Below are positions 55,112 to 64,000 of a stretch of DNA of 64,000 bases, piece by piece. The notes under the pieces are model-generated. The model did no database searches. It worked only from the letters and a program-made list of their open reading frames with translations, and was not told where the DNA came from. Made by a program: the position numbers and the translations under genes. The first letter of the stretch is position 1. Every line of letters starts with the position of its first letter. Source of the stretch: an uncultured Solirubrobacterales bacterium (GTDB taxonomy: Bacteria > Actinomycetota > Thermoleophilia > Solirubrobacterales > 70-9); contig OY970304.1 of assembly GCA_963716345.1 (NCBI GenBank), positions 2,075,483 to 2,139,482 on the forward strand, written 5' to 3'.

Positions 55112-56046
55112 CGGTCCCACTTTTCGAGGTAGGGCAGGGGGTCGATCGGGCTGCCGCCCTCATACCATCCCGGCGCTGTCCAGATCTCGAAGTGGAGGTG
55201 GCAGGCGGTGGCGTCGCCGGTGTCGCCGACGATCCCGATCGGCTGCCCGGTGCGGACTGCTTCGCCGGTCTTCAGTGCCGAGGGTTCGGCCAGGTGCGCG
55301 TACATGAAGTCGAGGCCGGTGCCCTTGCCGTCGATGACGATGTAGTTGCCGGCGGCGTACTGGTAGCCGGCGTACTGGACTGTGCCGCCGCGGGCGGCGA
55401 TCAGCGGCGTGCCGCAAGCGGCCATCGTGTCCTGGCCCTCGTGGGTATGGCCGGATCGGGGAGCGCCGAAGCGGCCCGCGCCCATCGCAAATTCGTGCGG
55501 GCCGAGGATCGGGAAGGCGTAGCCATAGAGGGCGAAGCCGAGGCTGAGCGGGGCGCTCAAGGTGCTCGCCCGCGCGGCGACTTCGGTACTGCCCTGAGGC
55601 TCGATGCGGAAGCTGTAGCGGCCATTGCGTGCGGGCCGTCCTTCGCTGGTCGTGCCGTCCCAGCGGATTCGCACTTCGATGTTCGGTTCGACGTCATTGC
55701 GAAAGAAGCTGCGCACGACTTCGCCGGCCGAGTTGACGACATCGATCTGCAGGTCGTTCTGCTGCTGGGTGCTGCCGATCGAGAAGCGCACGTTTGGATA
55801 GCGGAAGCCGTAGAAGAAGGATTTGCGCGGCGTCGTCTGGGCGGAGACAAGGCTGAGCGTTCCGGCGCTGGGCGCTTCACTCGCCGGTGTGCCGGTCGGG
55901 CTGCCGCTTGGTGCCGGAGCGCCGGCAGCAGTGGGCGCGCCGCCCGTCGTCGCCGCGGCGCTGGCGGCAAGGCAAAGCAGCAGCGCGATCGCCGCGAATG
56001 TAAGTGAAACTCCCGCCAACCAAGGCCGGGGCCTGTTGCTTGCCAC
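55102..56046 (-). CDS. Secreted M23-family (LytM-type) peptidase.
   Basis: Signal peptide [30 protein letters not shown]...YAHL...[16 protein letters not shown] (the HxxxD and HxH motifs). Confidence 0.85.
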   Translation of the reverse strand: MASNRPRPWLAGVSLTFAAIALLLCLAASAAATTGGAPTAAGAPAPSGSPTGTPASEAPSAGTLSLVSAQTTPRKSFFYGFRYPNVRFSIGSTQQQNDLQIDVVNSAGEVVRSFFRNDVEPNIEVRIRWDGTTSEGRPARNGRYSFRIEPQGSTEVAARASTLSAPLSLGFALYGYAFPILGPHEFAMGAGRFGAPRSGHTHEGQDTMAACGTPLIAARGGTVQYAGYQYAAGNYIVIDGKGTGLDFMYAHLAEPSALKTGEAVRTGQPIGIVGDTGDATACHLHFEIWTAPGWYEGGSPIDPLPYLEKWDRYS

Positions 56047-56300
56047 GTCCCTCTCTTTCGTTCGCCTACGGAGTTAGCTGTCGGGCTCGCGCTGAAAGAG
56101 ATGCGCTACGACCTTTTCGGCCGATTCGCCCCTGGAACCTGCAACGGTTCCTGCGGTTCCTCCGCTCCCACCCACCATGTGCGGCTGGGATTAGGCACTT
56201 ATTGGCGCGGCAGTATAGACACCCGCACGGCCACCTACGCCAATGTGGCTTGGCGGCTATCATGCCGGAGCCGCTGGGCGCTGCCCGCGGTTTTTCTCTG

Positions 56301-56735
56301 ATGAAAACCTTTGTCGCCACACCCGCAAACCGCCAGCGAGACTGGTACGTCGTCGATGCCGAGGGCCAGACCCTGGGACGACTGGCGACCCGCATCGCCG
56401 ACGCTCTGCGCGGCAAGCGCAAGCCCGAGTACACGCCGCACTCGACACCGGCGACTTCATCGTTGTGATAAACGCGGAGAAAATCCGCGTCACCGGGGAC
56501 AAGCTGAACCAGAAGACGCTACTGGCGCCACAGCGGCTACCCGGGCGGGATCAAGTCGCGGACCCTGGCCGAGATGCTCGACCGCCGCCCCGAGGAGGTC
56601 ATCCGCAAGGCGGTGAAGGGAATGCTGCCGCGCAACCGCCTCGCCCGCCAGCAGCTGACCAAGCTGAAGGTCTACGCCGGGCCGGAGCATCCCCACGAGG
56701 CGCAGCAGCCGAAACCGATGGAGATACAGACTTGA
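56301..56735 (+). CDS. rplM: 50S ribosomal protein L13. The frame is broken as sequenced.
   Basis: [47 protein letters not shown].., then [21 protein letters not shown], then [49 protein letters not shown], across three frames. Confidence 0.85.
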
Positions 56736-57667
56736 TCGACGAGCCGCAGGACCAAGCTTCAGAGCAAGACCCGACTGACGAGGGCTCAGAGGCCCCGACC
56801 GCGGGTCCTGTCGCAGGGGAGGACTCCCCGTCCTCGCAAGCTGCGGGCGAGGAGCCCACCCCTACGCCACCCGCGGATGAGGCCGCTGAGTCGGCGGACG
56901 AGGCGCCTGCCACTGAGGCTGAGGCCGTTGCGGAGGAGCAGATTGACGAGGCGCCCGCGGCTGACGCTGAGGCGGCCGAGGAGCCCGCTGCGGAGCAGGC
57001 TGAGGAGCCCGCTGCCGAAGAGGCAGAGCCCGTAGTGGAGGAGGCTGCTCCGGAGTCCGCGGCTGAGAAGCCCAAGGCTGAGGAGAAGAAAAAGGACGTC
57101 ATTCCAGGTGCTGACCTCGAGCCGATCGCGGTCGAGCCGCAGGAGCGGCCGCTCAGTGCTGAGGAGCAGGCTCGCAAGGAAGCTGAAGAGGAGGAGCGGG
57201 CCAAACGCGAGGCCGCTCTGACCGGTGAGGGCGATGAGGAGCCCAGCGCCGCCAGTCGTGCGCCGGCGAAGATGGAGAGCGACGCCCGCTACCTCGCCAC
57301 CGGCAAGCGCAAGAGTTCGATTGCCCGCGTCACCCTGCTGCCCGGTAGACGGCAAGGTCGAGATCAACAAACGCGACGCTGGAGGAGTTCTTCCCGCGGC
57401 CGCTGCACCAGACAATGGCGTTGCAGCCACTGACGATCACCGGCTACGAGGGCAACGTCGACGTGCGGGTTCGCGTTCACGGTGGCGGCATCAGCGGCCA
57501 GGCCGGCGCGGTGCGTCACGGCATCGCCAGGGCGCTGACCGAGGTCGACCCGGAGCTACGTGGCGAGCTCAAGCGTCGCGGCTTCCTTACCCGCGACGCG
57601 CGGGCCAAGGAGCGCCGAAGGCCGGACTTAAGAAGGCCCGCAAGCGCCGCAGTTCTCGAAGCGCTGA
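56732..57667 (+). CDS. rpsI: 30S ribosomal protein S9, possibly with a ~180-aa acidic N-terminal extension. The canonical-length alternative start is ATG 57272. The frame is broken as sequenced.
   Basis: The S9 core starts [25 protein letters not shown].., continues ...[38 protein letters not shown]...[14 protein letters not shown].., and ends ..KKARKR(P)QFSKR-stop at 57667. There is no in-frame stop between TTG 56732 (which overlaps the rplM stop, with GGAGA upstream) and 57272. Confidence 0.7.
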
Positions 57668-57796
57668 GGCGGCTGCAAATCTGCGCCTGGGGGCGTCCTC
57701 GGTCGGCTGACTCGGTCACGCACTAACTTGTGCGCTCCCTCGCCAGCCTCCCTGCGTCCTACCCATGCTTGATTTTCGCTCGCCTCAGCACTCCGA

Positions 57797-59117
57797 ATGA
57801 CTACTAAGAGACAGCTCTTTGGAACCGACGGGGTGCGGGGGGAGGCTGGAACCTTCCTCACGGCCGAGCTCGGCGACCGCGCTGGGCCAGGCGGCTGCCA
57901 CATCGCTTGAGGCCGAGCGGCCGCAGGTACTGATCGTCCGCGACACACGCGAGTCCGGGCCGATGCTCGAGTCGGCTCTGGCCGCCGGGATCGCCGCTGC
58001 CGGTGGCGATGCCCTGCTCGGCGGTGTCTTGCCGACACCGGCCGCGGCGGTCCTGGTCAAGCGCCTTGGCCTCGACCTGGCGGCAGTCGTCTCCGCCTCG
58101 CACAACCCCTACCGCGACAACGGGATCAAGTTCTTCTCCGGGCTGGGAACCAAGCTCGACGACGAGGCTGAGGCACGGATCGAGGCGTTGCTGGATGCTG
58201 AGGGTGATGTCGCCGAGCCCGGCCAGGTTCGCGAGCTGAACGGTGGCCTCGAGGACTACCTGCGGGCGCTGCAGGTCGCTTTCCCACTCGATCTCTCCGG
58301 CCATCACGTGATGCTCGACTGCGCCAACGGCGCCACCTACCGCGCTGCGCCGGCGATCTTCGAGCGGCTCGGCGCCGACGGTCGAGACGATCGGCATCGA
58401 GCCGGACGGGCGCAACATCAACGACGGGCTGTGGCTCCACCCACCTCGATCACCTCGCCGCGCGCGGTCGCCGGCTCGGAGGCGACGATCGGCTTCGCCT
58501 TCGACGGCGACGGCGATCGCGTTCTCGCCGTCGACGGCAGTGGCCGCAGTCCACGACGGCGACGAGCTGATCGCCTTGATCGCGCGCGGGATGGCGGGGC
58601 GCGGCGAGCTCGCCGGTGGCGTCGCCGTCACGGTGATGAGCAACTACGGCTTCCACCAGGCGATGGAGGAGGCCGGGATCGAGGTCGCCGTGACCAAGGT
58701 CGGCGACCGCTACGTGCTCGACGAGCTACGCGAGCGCGAGCTGGGCGCTTGGCGGCGAGCAGTCGGGCCACATCATCGACACCCGCATCGTCGCCACCGG
58801 CGACGGCATCGCCGCCGCCCTGGCGACGATCCGCGAGCTCGGCGGCGGCGACCTCGCCACGGTGAAGACGATGGAGAAGCTGCCCCAGACCCTGGTCAAC
58901 GTCAAGGTCGCCGACCGCGAGGCAATCGCCGGCGCCGACGCCGGTCTGGGAGGCGGTCGAGCGTGAGGAGGAAGCTCTCGAGGGACGCGGTCGCGTGCTT
59001 CTGCGCCCCTCTGGCACGGAGCCGCTGGTGCGGGTGATGGTTGAGGCGCCGACGTCTGAGGAGGCCGACGCAGTTTGCGAGCGGCTTGTCACGCTGGTCC
59101 GCCAAGAGCTCGCCTAG
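57797..59117 (+). CDS. glmM: Phosphoglucosamine mutase. The frame is broken several times as sequenced.
   Basis: [18 protein letters not shown]..., the active-site loop [40 protein letters not shown] in a shifted frame, and [19 protein letters not shown]. Confidence 0.85.
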
Positions 59118-59148
59118 CGCCGCTGCCTCTACCCTTCATCGCCTCCCT

Positions 59149-61015
59149 ATGTGCGGAATCGTCGGATACGTTGGCGCTCGCCCCTGCCTCGACCTCCTGG
59201 TCGCTGGGCTCGAGAAGCTCGAGTACCGCGGCTATGACTCGGCCGGGATCTCGGTCATCGACGACGGCCGAGGTCGACAGCGTGCACGCTGTCGGCAACC
59301 TCGACAACCTGCGCGCCGCGGTGGCCGAGCAGGCCGAGAGTGGCGGTGGCGTTGCGGTCGCGACCTCCGACGCCACAACCGGCGTCGCCCACACCCGCTG
59401 GGCCACCCACGGCCGCGTCACCGAGGAGAACGCCCACCCGCACGGCGACAGCTCCGGACCGCGTCCACATCGTCCTCAACGGGATCGTCGAGAACCACGC
59501 CGAGCTGCGCCGCGAGCTTGGCGAGCGAGGGTCAGCACTTCAGCTCCGAGACCGACGCCGAGATCGTCGCCCACCTGATCGAGCGCCACTACGACGGCGA
59601 CCTCGCCGCCGCAGTGCGCGACCTCCTTCGCCGAGCTGCGCGGCCACTACGCCTTCGTCGCCATGCACGCCGATGAGCCCGGGCACCTGGTCGGCGCCCG
59701 CAAGGAGTGCCCGCTGGTCGCCGGCATCGGCGAGGGGGAGACCTTCCTCGCCTCGGCGATCCCCGCCTTCCTCGCCGAGACGCGCGAAGCGGTGCCGATC
59801 GAAAACGACGAGATCGTCAGCATCGACGCCTCCGGGGTGCACGATCACCGACGCCGAGGGAAGCCCGGTCGAGCGCGAGCGCCGAAGAGATCTCCTGGGA
59901 CGAGGAGGCCGCCGAGAAGGACGGCTATGAGACCTTCATGCTGAAGGAGATCCACGAACAGGCCGACGCGGTCGCCGAGACGATCGCCGACCGCCTGCCC
60001 GACGACGAGGCGTCGATCTCTCCGAACGTCGAGCTCGACGACGAGTACCTGCGCGGCGTGCAGCGGATCGTGATCGTCGCCTGCGGCACCTCCTACCACG
60101 CCGGTCTCGTCGGTCGCTACGCGATCGAGGAGTGGGCGCGGGTGCCGGTCGAGATGGACATCGCCTCCGAGTACCGCTACCGCAACCCGGTGATCGGCCA
60201 GCGGCGACCTGGTAATCGGCATCACCCAGTCGGGCGAGACGGCCGACACGCTGGCGGCGATGCGCCTCGCCCGCGAAAACGGCGCCAAGGTGCTGGCGGT
60301 CACCAACGTGATGGGCAGCCAGGCGACCCGCGACGCCGACGCCGTCCTCTACACCCGCGCCGGCCTCGAGGTCAGCGTCGCCGCGACCAAGACCTTCGTC
60401 GCCCAGGTCGCCGCGATGTACCTGCTCGGCCTGCGGCTGGCCGAGCTGCGGGGCACGCTGCCGCCGCCGCGCATCGCCGAGCTGGTCGCCGAGCTGAAGT
60501 CGATCCCCTCGAAGATCGACGACGACGATCGCCGCCAGCGAAGGCCCAGTCCGCGAAATCGCCGCTGCTCAGGCGATCACGAGTTCTTCCTCTACCTCGG
60601 CCGCCACATCGGCCTGCCGGTCTGCCTCGAGGGCGCGCTGAAGCTGAAGGAGATCTCCTACATCCCGACCGACGCCTACGCGGCGGGGGAGATGAAGCAC
60701 GGGCCGATCGCCCTGCTCGACGAGTCGACGCCGGTGGTCTGCGTCGCCACCGACAGCCCGGTGCTCGACAAGGTCCTCTCCAACGTCGAAGAGGTGCGCG
60801 CCCGCGGCGCGGAGACGATCGCGATCGCCACCGCGGGTGACGAGCAGGCGGCGGCGGTCGCCGACCAGACGGTCGAGGTCGCCCGCACCGACTGGATCCT
60901 GCAGCCGATCGTCGCGATCCTGCCGCTGCAGCTGCTCGCCTACGACATCGCCCGCGCGCGTGGCCTCAACGTCGACCAGCCGCGCAACCTGGCCAAGACC
61001 GTGACTGTCGAGTAA
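59149..61015 (+). CDS. glmS: Glutamine-fructose-6-phosphate aminotransferase (isomerising). The frame is broken several times in the 5' two thirds.
   Basis: [34 protein letters not shown] (N-terminal Cys). [24 protein letters not shown] domains ([11 protein letters not shown]; [11 protein letters not shown]). An intact C-terminus ...[13 protein letters not shown]. Confidence 0.85.
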
Positions 61016-61044
61016 GCGCTGTCCCGCTACTCTTTCTCGCCACT

Positions 61045-62619
61045 ATGGTCAAGATCCGTTACGCCATTCCAGTCTTTGTCGCAATCGTCGCGCTCCTCGT
61101 TGCCGGTTGTGGCAGCAGTAGCAGCGACAGCGGCGATTCGTCCTCTGGCTCGGACTTGGCCGACCTCGCCTCGCCCGGTTCTCTCGTCTTCGTCGAAGGC
61201 CAACTGCAGCCGAAGGGCGCGCTGAAGCAGAACGTCGATTCGGTCGCCAAATCCTTCACCGGTGGAGAAGGCCTCGGCGCCTTCGTCATCTCCGAACTTG
61301 AAAGCTCCGCGCGCCAGAACGGCGAATCGCTCGATTTCGCCAAGGAAGTCGAACCGTGGCTGGGTGAAAAGGGCGGCGTTGCCTTCGAACACCTCGAAGG
61401 TGGGGAACTCTCCGAACCGCTGATCGCGATCGAGACCAAGGATCCGGCCGCGACGCAGAGTTTCATCGACAAACGCACCAGCCAGAGCAGCGACCCTTCC
61501 AAAGACGTCGCCTATGAGGGCGTCAAATTCAAGGTTGGCGGCGCCGAAAACAATGCGGTTGGCCTGATCGGCGAAGCGCTCGTGATCGCCAACAGCGAAA
61601 AGGAATTCAAAGCCGCCGTCGACGCCTCGCAGGGCGAATCGCTTGGCGGTGAAGATCGCTTCCAGAAAGCGATAGCCGCGGCCTCCAGCGGCAGCTTCGC
61701 TGACATCTACGTCGACGTCGGCGGGATCATCAAGCAGTCCGAAAGCGAAGGGTCAAGCTCACAGGCCAAGGAATTGTTGGAGGGCGTCGGAGTCGAACCG
61801 ACCGAGGCGACCGCGGTGGCCAGTGTGATCCCGCAGTCCGAACAGATTGAGGTCGACCTGAGCAGCGAACTGGGTGGCAAGGAAGCACCCGCCGGCGACG
61901 CCTCGAAGCTGGTCGGTTCCCTTCCCGCTGACTCCTTCGCCGCGATTGGGTTTGCCGAATTCGGCAAACAGCTGCAAGAAGCGGTCGACAGCCTCGATGA
62001 AACCGGAATTCCGCCCGAACTGAAACCGGACGAACTGAAGAGCTCGCTGGAACAGGCGGGCATCGATCTCGACAAAATTGCCGCCTCGGTGGACGAAGGC
62101 GCGATTTTCGCTGAAGGCAGCAATCGCAACAGCCTCGGCGGTGCTTTGGTCGTGACCAGCAAGTCGAACGAAGCCGCCGAAGCGATCGGCAGCCTCGGGC
62201 TGTTGCTGCGCGGGGCACACGTGCCCGGCATCACCGCGGTCAGCGGCAAGGCCAGCGGCTTCTCGATCCGCAGCGGGTCGCTGGGCAGCAAATCACTCGT
62301 GATTGTCGCCAAGCAGGACAGGATCGCGATCGGCTACGGTCTCGCCCCGGCCCTCGCCGGTCTCAACGCGGGCTCCGGACCGACGCTCTCCGGCACCGCC
62401 GGCTACAAGGCCGCCGTTGCGGCGCTCGGCAAGACGCCGATCAGCGGCTATGTCGACGGTCCGGCGGCGCTGCAACTTGCCGAAGCGCTGGTTCCGCACT
62501 CGAAAACCGACTTCTGGGAAGCCGTCCCGTATTTGAAGAAGATCAGCTATATCGGCATCGGCCGGGCCACGAACGATGAATTCGCGACCGCGAAACTGAT
62601 CGCGGGCATCGGCAAATAG
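61045..62619 (+). CDS. Secreted lipoprotein (524 aa), DUF3352-like.
   Basis: Lipobox VALLVAGC|GSSSS. Ser/Asp-rich linker. The DUF3352 family assignment is from memory and has low certainty. Confidence 0.6.
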   Translation: MVKIRYAIPVFVAIVALLVAGCGSSSSDSGDSSSGSDLADLASPGSLVFVEGQLQPKGALKQNVDSVAKSFTGGEGLGAFVISELESSARQNGESLDFAKEVEPWLGEKGGVAFEHLEGGELSEPLIAIETKDPAATQSFIDKRTSQSSDPSKDVAYEGVKFKVGGAENNAVGLIGEALVIANSEKEFKAAVDASQGESLGGEDRFQKAIAAASSGSFADIYVDVGGIIKQSESEGSSSQAKELLEGVGVEPTEATAVASVIPQSEQIEVDLSSELGGKEAPAGDASKLVGSLPADSFAAIGFAEFGKQLQEAVDSLDETGIPPELKPDELKSSLEQAGIDLDKIAASVDEGAIFAEGSNRNSLGGALVVTSKSNEAAEAIGSLGLLLRGAHVPGITAVSGKASGFSIRSGSLGSKSLVIVAKQDRIAIGYGLAPALAGLNAGSGPTLSGTAGYKAAVAALGKTPISGYVDGPAALQLAEALVPHSKTDFWEAVPYLKKISYIGIGRATNDEFATAKLIAGIGK

Positions 62620-62625
62620 GCGGCG

Positions 62626-62982
62626 ATGAGCTCGGGCGTAGGGATCGACCTGCTCGAGATCGACCGCCTGGAGCGAGCACTGGAGCGGCATCCGCGCCTC
62701 GCTCAGCGTGTTTTCACCCGAGCCGAGTGTGACTATGCCGAGGCCCGAGCGCGGCCGGCTCGCCACCTAGCGGCTCGTTTCGCCGCCAAGGAGGCGGTAG
62801 TCAAGGCGCTTGGCCTCAGCGGTGGTTTCGGCCTGGGTCAGATCGAGGTGGTGGCCGGCGAGCCGCCACTCGTGCGGCTCTCGGGCCCAGCGGCGGATGT
62901 CGCCGCCGGGCGGCGAGTCAATCTCTCGCTGACTCACTCGCGCGACTTTGCGGCCGCGGTGGCCATCGTCGAAACTGCCTGA
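62626..62982 (+). CDS. acpS: Holo-[acyl-carrier-protein] synthase.
   Basis: VGIDLLEIDRLERAL...RVFT..E......ARFAAKEAVVKALG...ISLTHS motifs. Confidence 0.85.
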   Translation: MSSGVGIDLLEIDRLERALERHPRLAQRVFTRAECDYAEARARPARHLAARFAAKEAVVKALGLSGGFGLGQIEVVAGEPPLVRLSGPAADVAAGRRVNLSLTHSRDFAAAVAIVETA

Positions 62983-62983
62983 G

Positions 62984-64000
62984 ATGGAGTCGTGGCTCAG
63001 CCCCCTCTTCGACGCTGACGGGATTCGGGCAATCGATCGCTGGGCGATCGAGGAGCAGGGCATCGCCGGTGCCGCCCTGATGGAGGCGGCAGGGACGGCG
63101 CTGGCCGAGGCCGTCGCGAGCCTGGCTCCGCAGGGGCCGGTGCGAATCGTCTGCGGCAAGGGCAACAACGGCGGCGATGGTCTGGTCGCGGCGCGGCATC
63201 TGCGCGGCCTGGGCTTTGAGGTCGAGACGCTCGAGTCTGGGGGAGGCCGAGCCCGGCGACCTCGACGCTTGGCTGCAGGGTTCGGGGGCGGTCGTCGACG
63301 CGATCTTCGGCACGGGCTTCAAGGGCGCGCCGCGGGAGCCGGCGGCTGGCGGCGATCGCTGCGATCAATCGCTGCGGTGCTCCGGTGGTTGCCTGTGACA
63401 TCGCCTCGGGGGTCGATGCCTCCAGCGGCGAGGTCGAGGGGTTCGCGGTCGAGGCCGACCTCACGCGTCAGCTTCCACGCCGCCAAGCTCGGCCACCGGA
63501 TCGCGCCCGGCAAGTGGCACACGGGTGAGCTGCGAGTTGAGTCCGATCGGGATTCCCGACGGCGCCCCGGGTGCGCCGTTAGCCGGGACGATCGAGGCCG
63601 CCGTCCTCGACCTGCTTCCCGTCCGTGGCACCACGGTCGACCAAGTTCAGCTCCGGCCAGGTGGTGATCGCGGGAGGGTCCGCGGGCTGACGGGCGCGGT
63701 GCGGATGTCCTCGCTGGCGGCGATCCGGGCCGGCGCTGGCTACGCGACGGTCGCGGTGCCCGCTGACCTCGAGGCGATCTTCGAGAGCTCGCAGCCGGAG
63801 GTGATGTCAGTTGGCTGTCCGGGCGGCGACGGCTGCTTGGCGCCGGCCGGCCTGAAGACGATTCGCAAGGCTTTCGAGCGCGCCGCGGCGGGCGTGCTCG
63901 GGCCCGGCATGGGCCGTGACCCCGGCAGCGTGGAGCTGGTCCGCGAAGCGGTTGCCGCGATCGAGGCGCCGCTCGTGGTCGATGCTGACGGCCTCAATGC
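62984..64000 (+). CDS. nnr: Bifunctional NAD(P)H-hydrate repair enzyme (YjeF epimerase/dehydratase), 3'-partial. The frame is broken as sequenced.
   Basis: ATG 62984. IRAIDRWAIEEQGIAGAALMEAAG...IVCGKGNNGGDGLVAARHL (YjeF_N). Downstream, in shifted frames, ...VVIAGGS..LTGAVRMSSLAAIRAGAGYATVAVP (YjeF_C). It runs off the window end. Confidence 0.75.

Overview
High-GC, Actinomycetota-like chromosomal window (inferred from gene content). It has four parts.

(1) 1-13.4 kb: six + strand genes for secreted proteins in the order A-B-A-B-C-D. The A proteins are beta-propeller/NHL proteins and the B proteins are ~900-950 aa with no family I recognise. The three A/B junctions are identical GTGA start/stop overlaps. 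Two TetR genes follow. This is my best candidate for an undescribed cell-envelope system.

(2) 14.9-30.8 kb: accessory DNA around a CysO/MoeZ/CysM/Mec sulfur-carrier cysteine-biosynthesis cluster.
- A 3,669-bp IS1-family transposon (14921-18589) has perfect 19-bp terminal inverted repeats and an 8-bp target duplication. It carries a NYN-domain gene and an atypical class-II tRNA-like gene with a UUC anticodon.
- A 4,749-bp IS1595-family transposon (26025-30773) has perfect 25-bp inverted repeats and an 8-bp target duplication. It carries a DUF433/PIN-like pair and an unknown soluble-plus-membrane gene pair.
- Both transposons carry a homologous wHTH-XRE-small basic ORF cassette next to the right end.

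(3) 30.8-38.4 kb: hyuAB, nadB, a glycosyltransferase, an Flp-type pilin and vapBC.

(4) 38.5-64 kb: housekeeping genes (rph, rdgB, tldD/pmbA, hup, pyrF, guaA, rplM-rpsI, glmM, glmS, acpS, nnr and others).

Many housekeeping reading frames are broken by single-base shifts. Because essential genes are affected, these are most likely consensus indel errors, so gene boundaries in those regions are approximate. I saw no rRNA genes and no CRISPR array.
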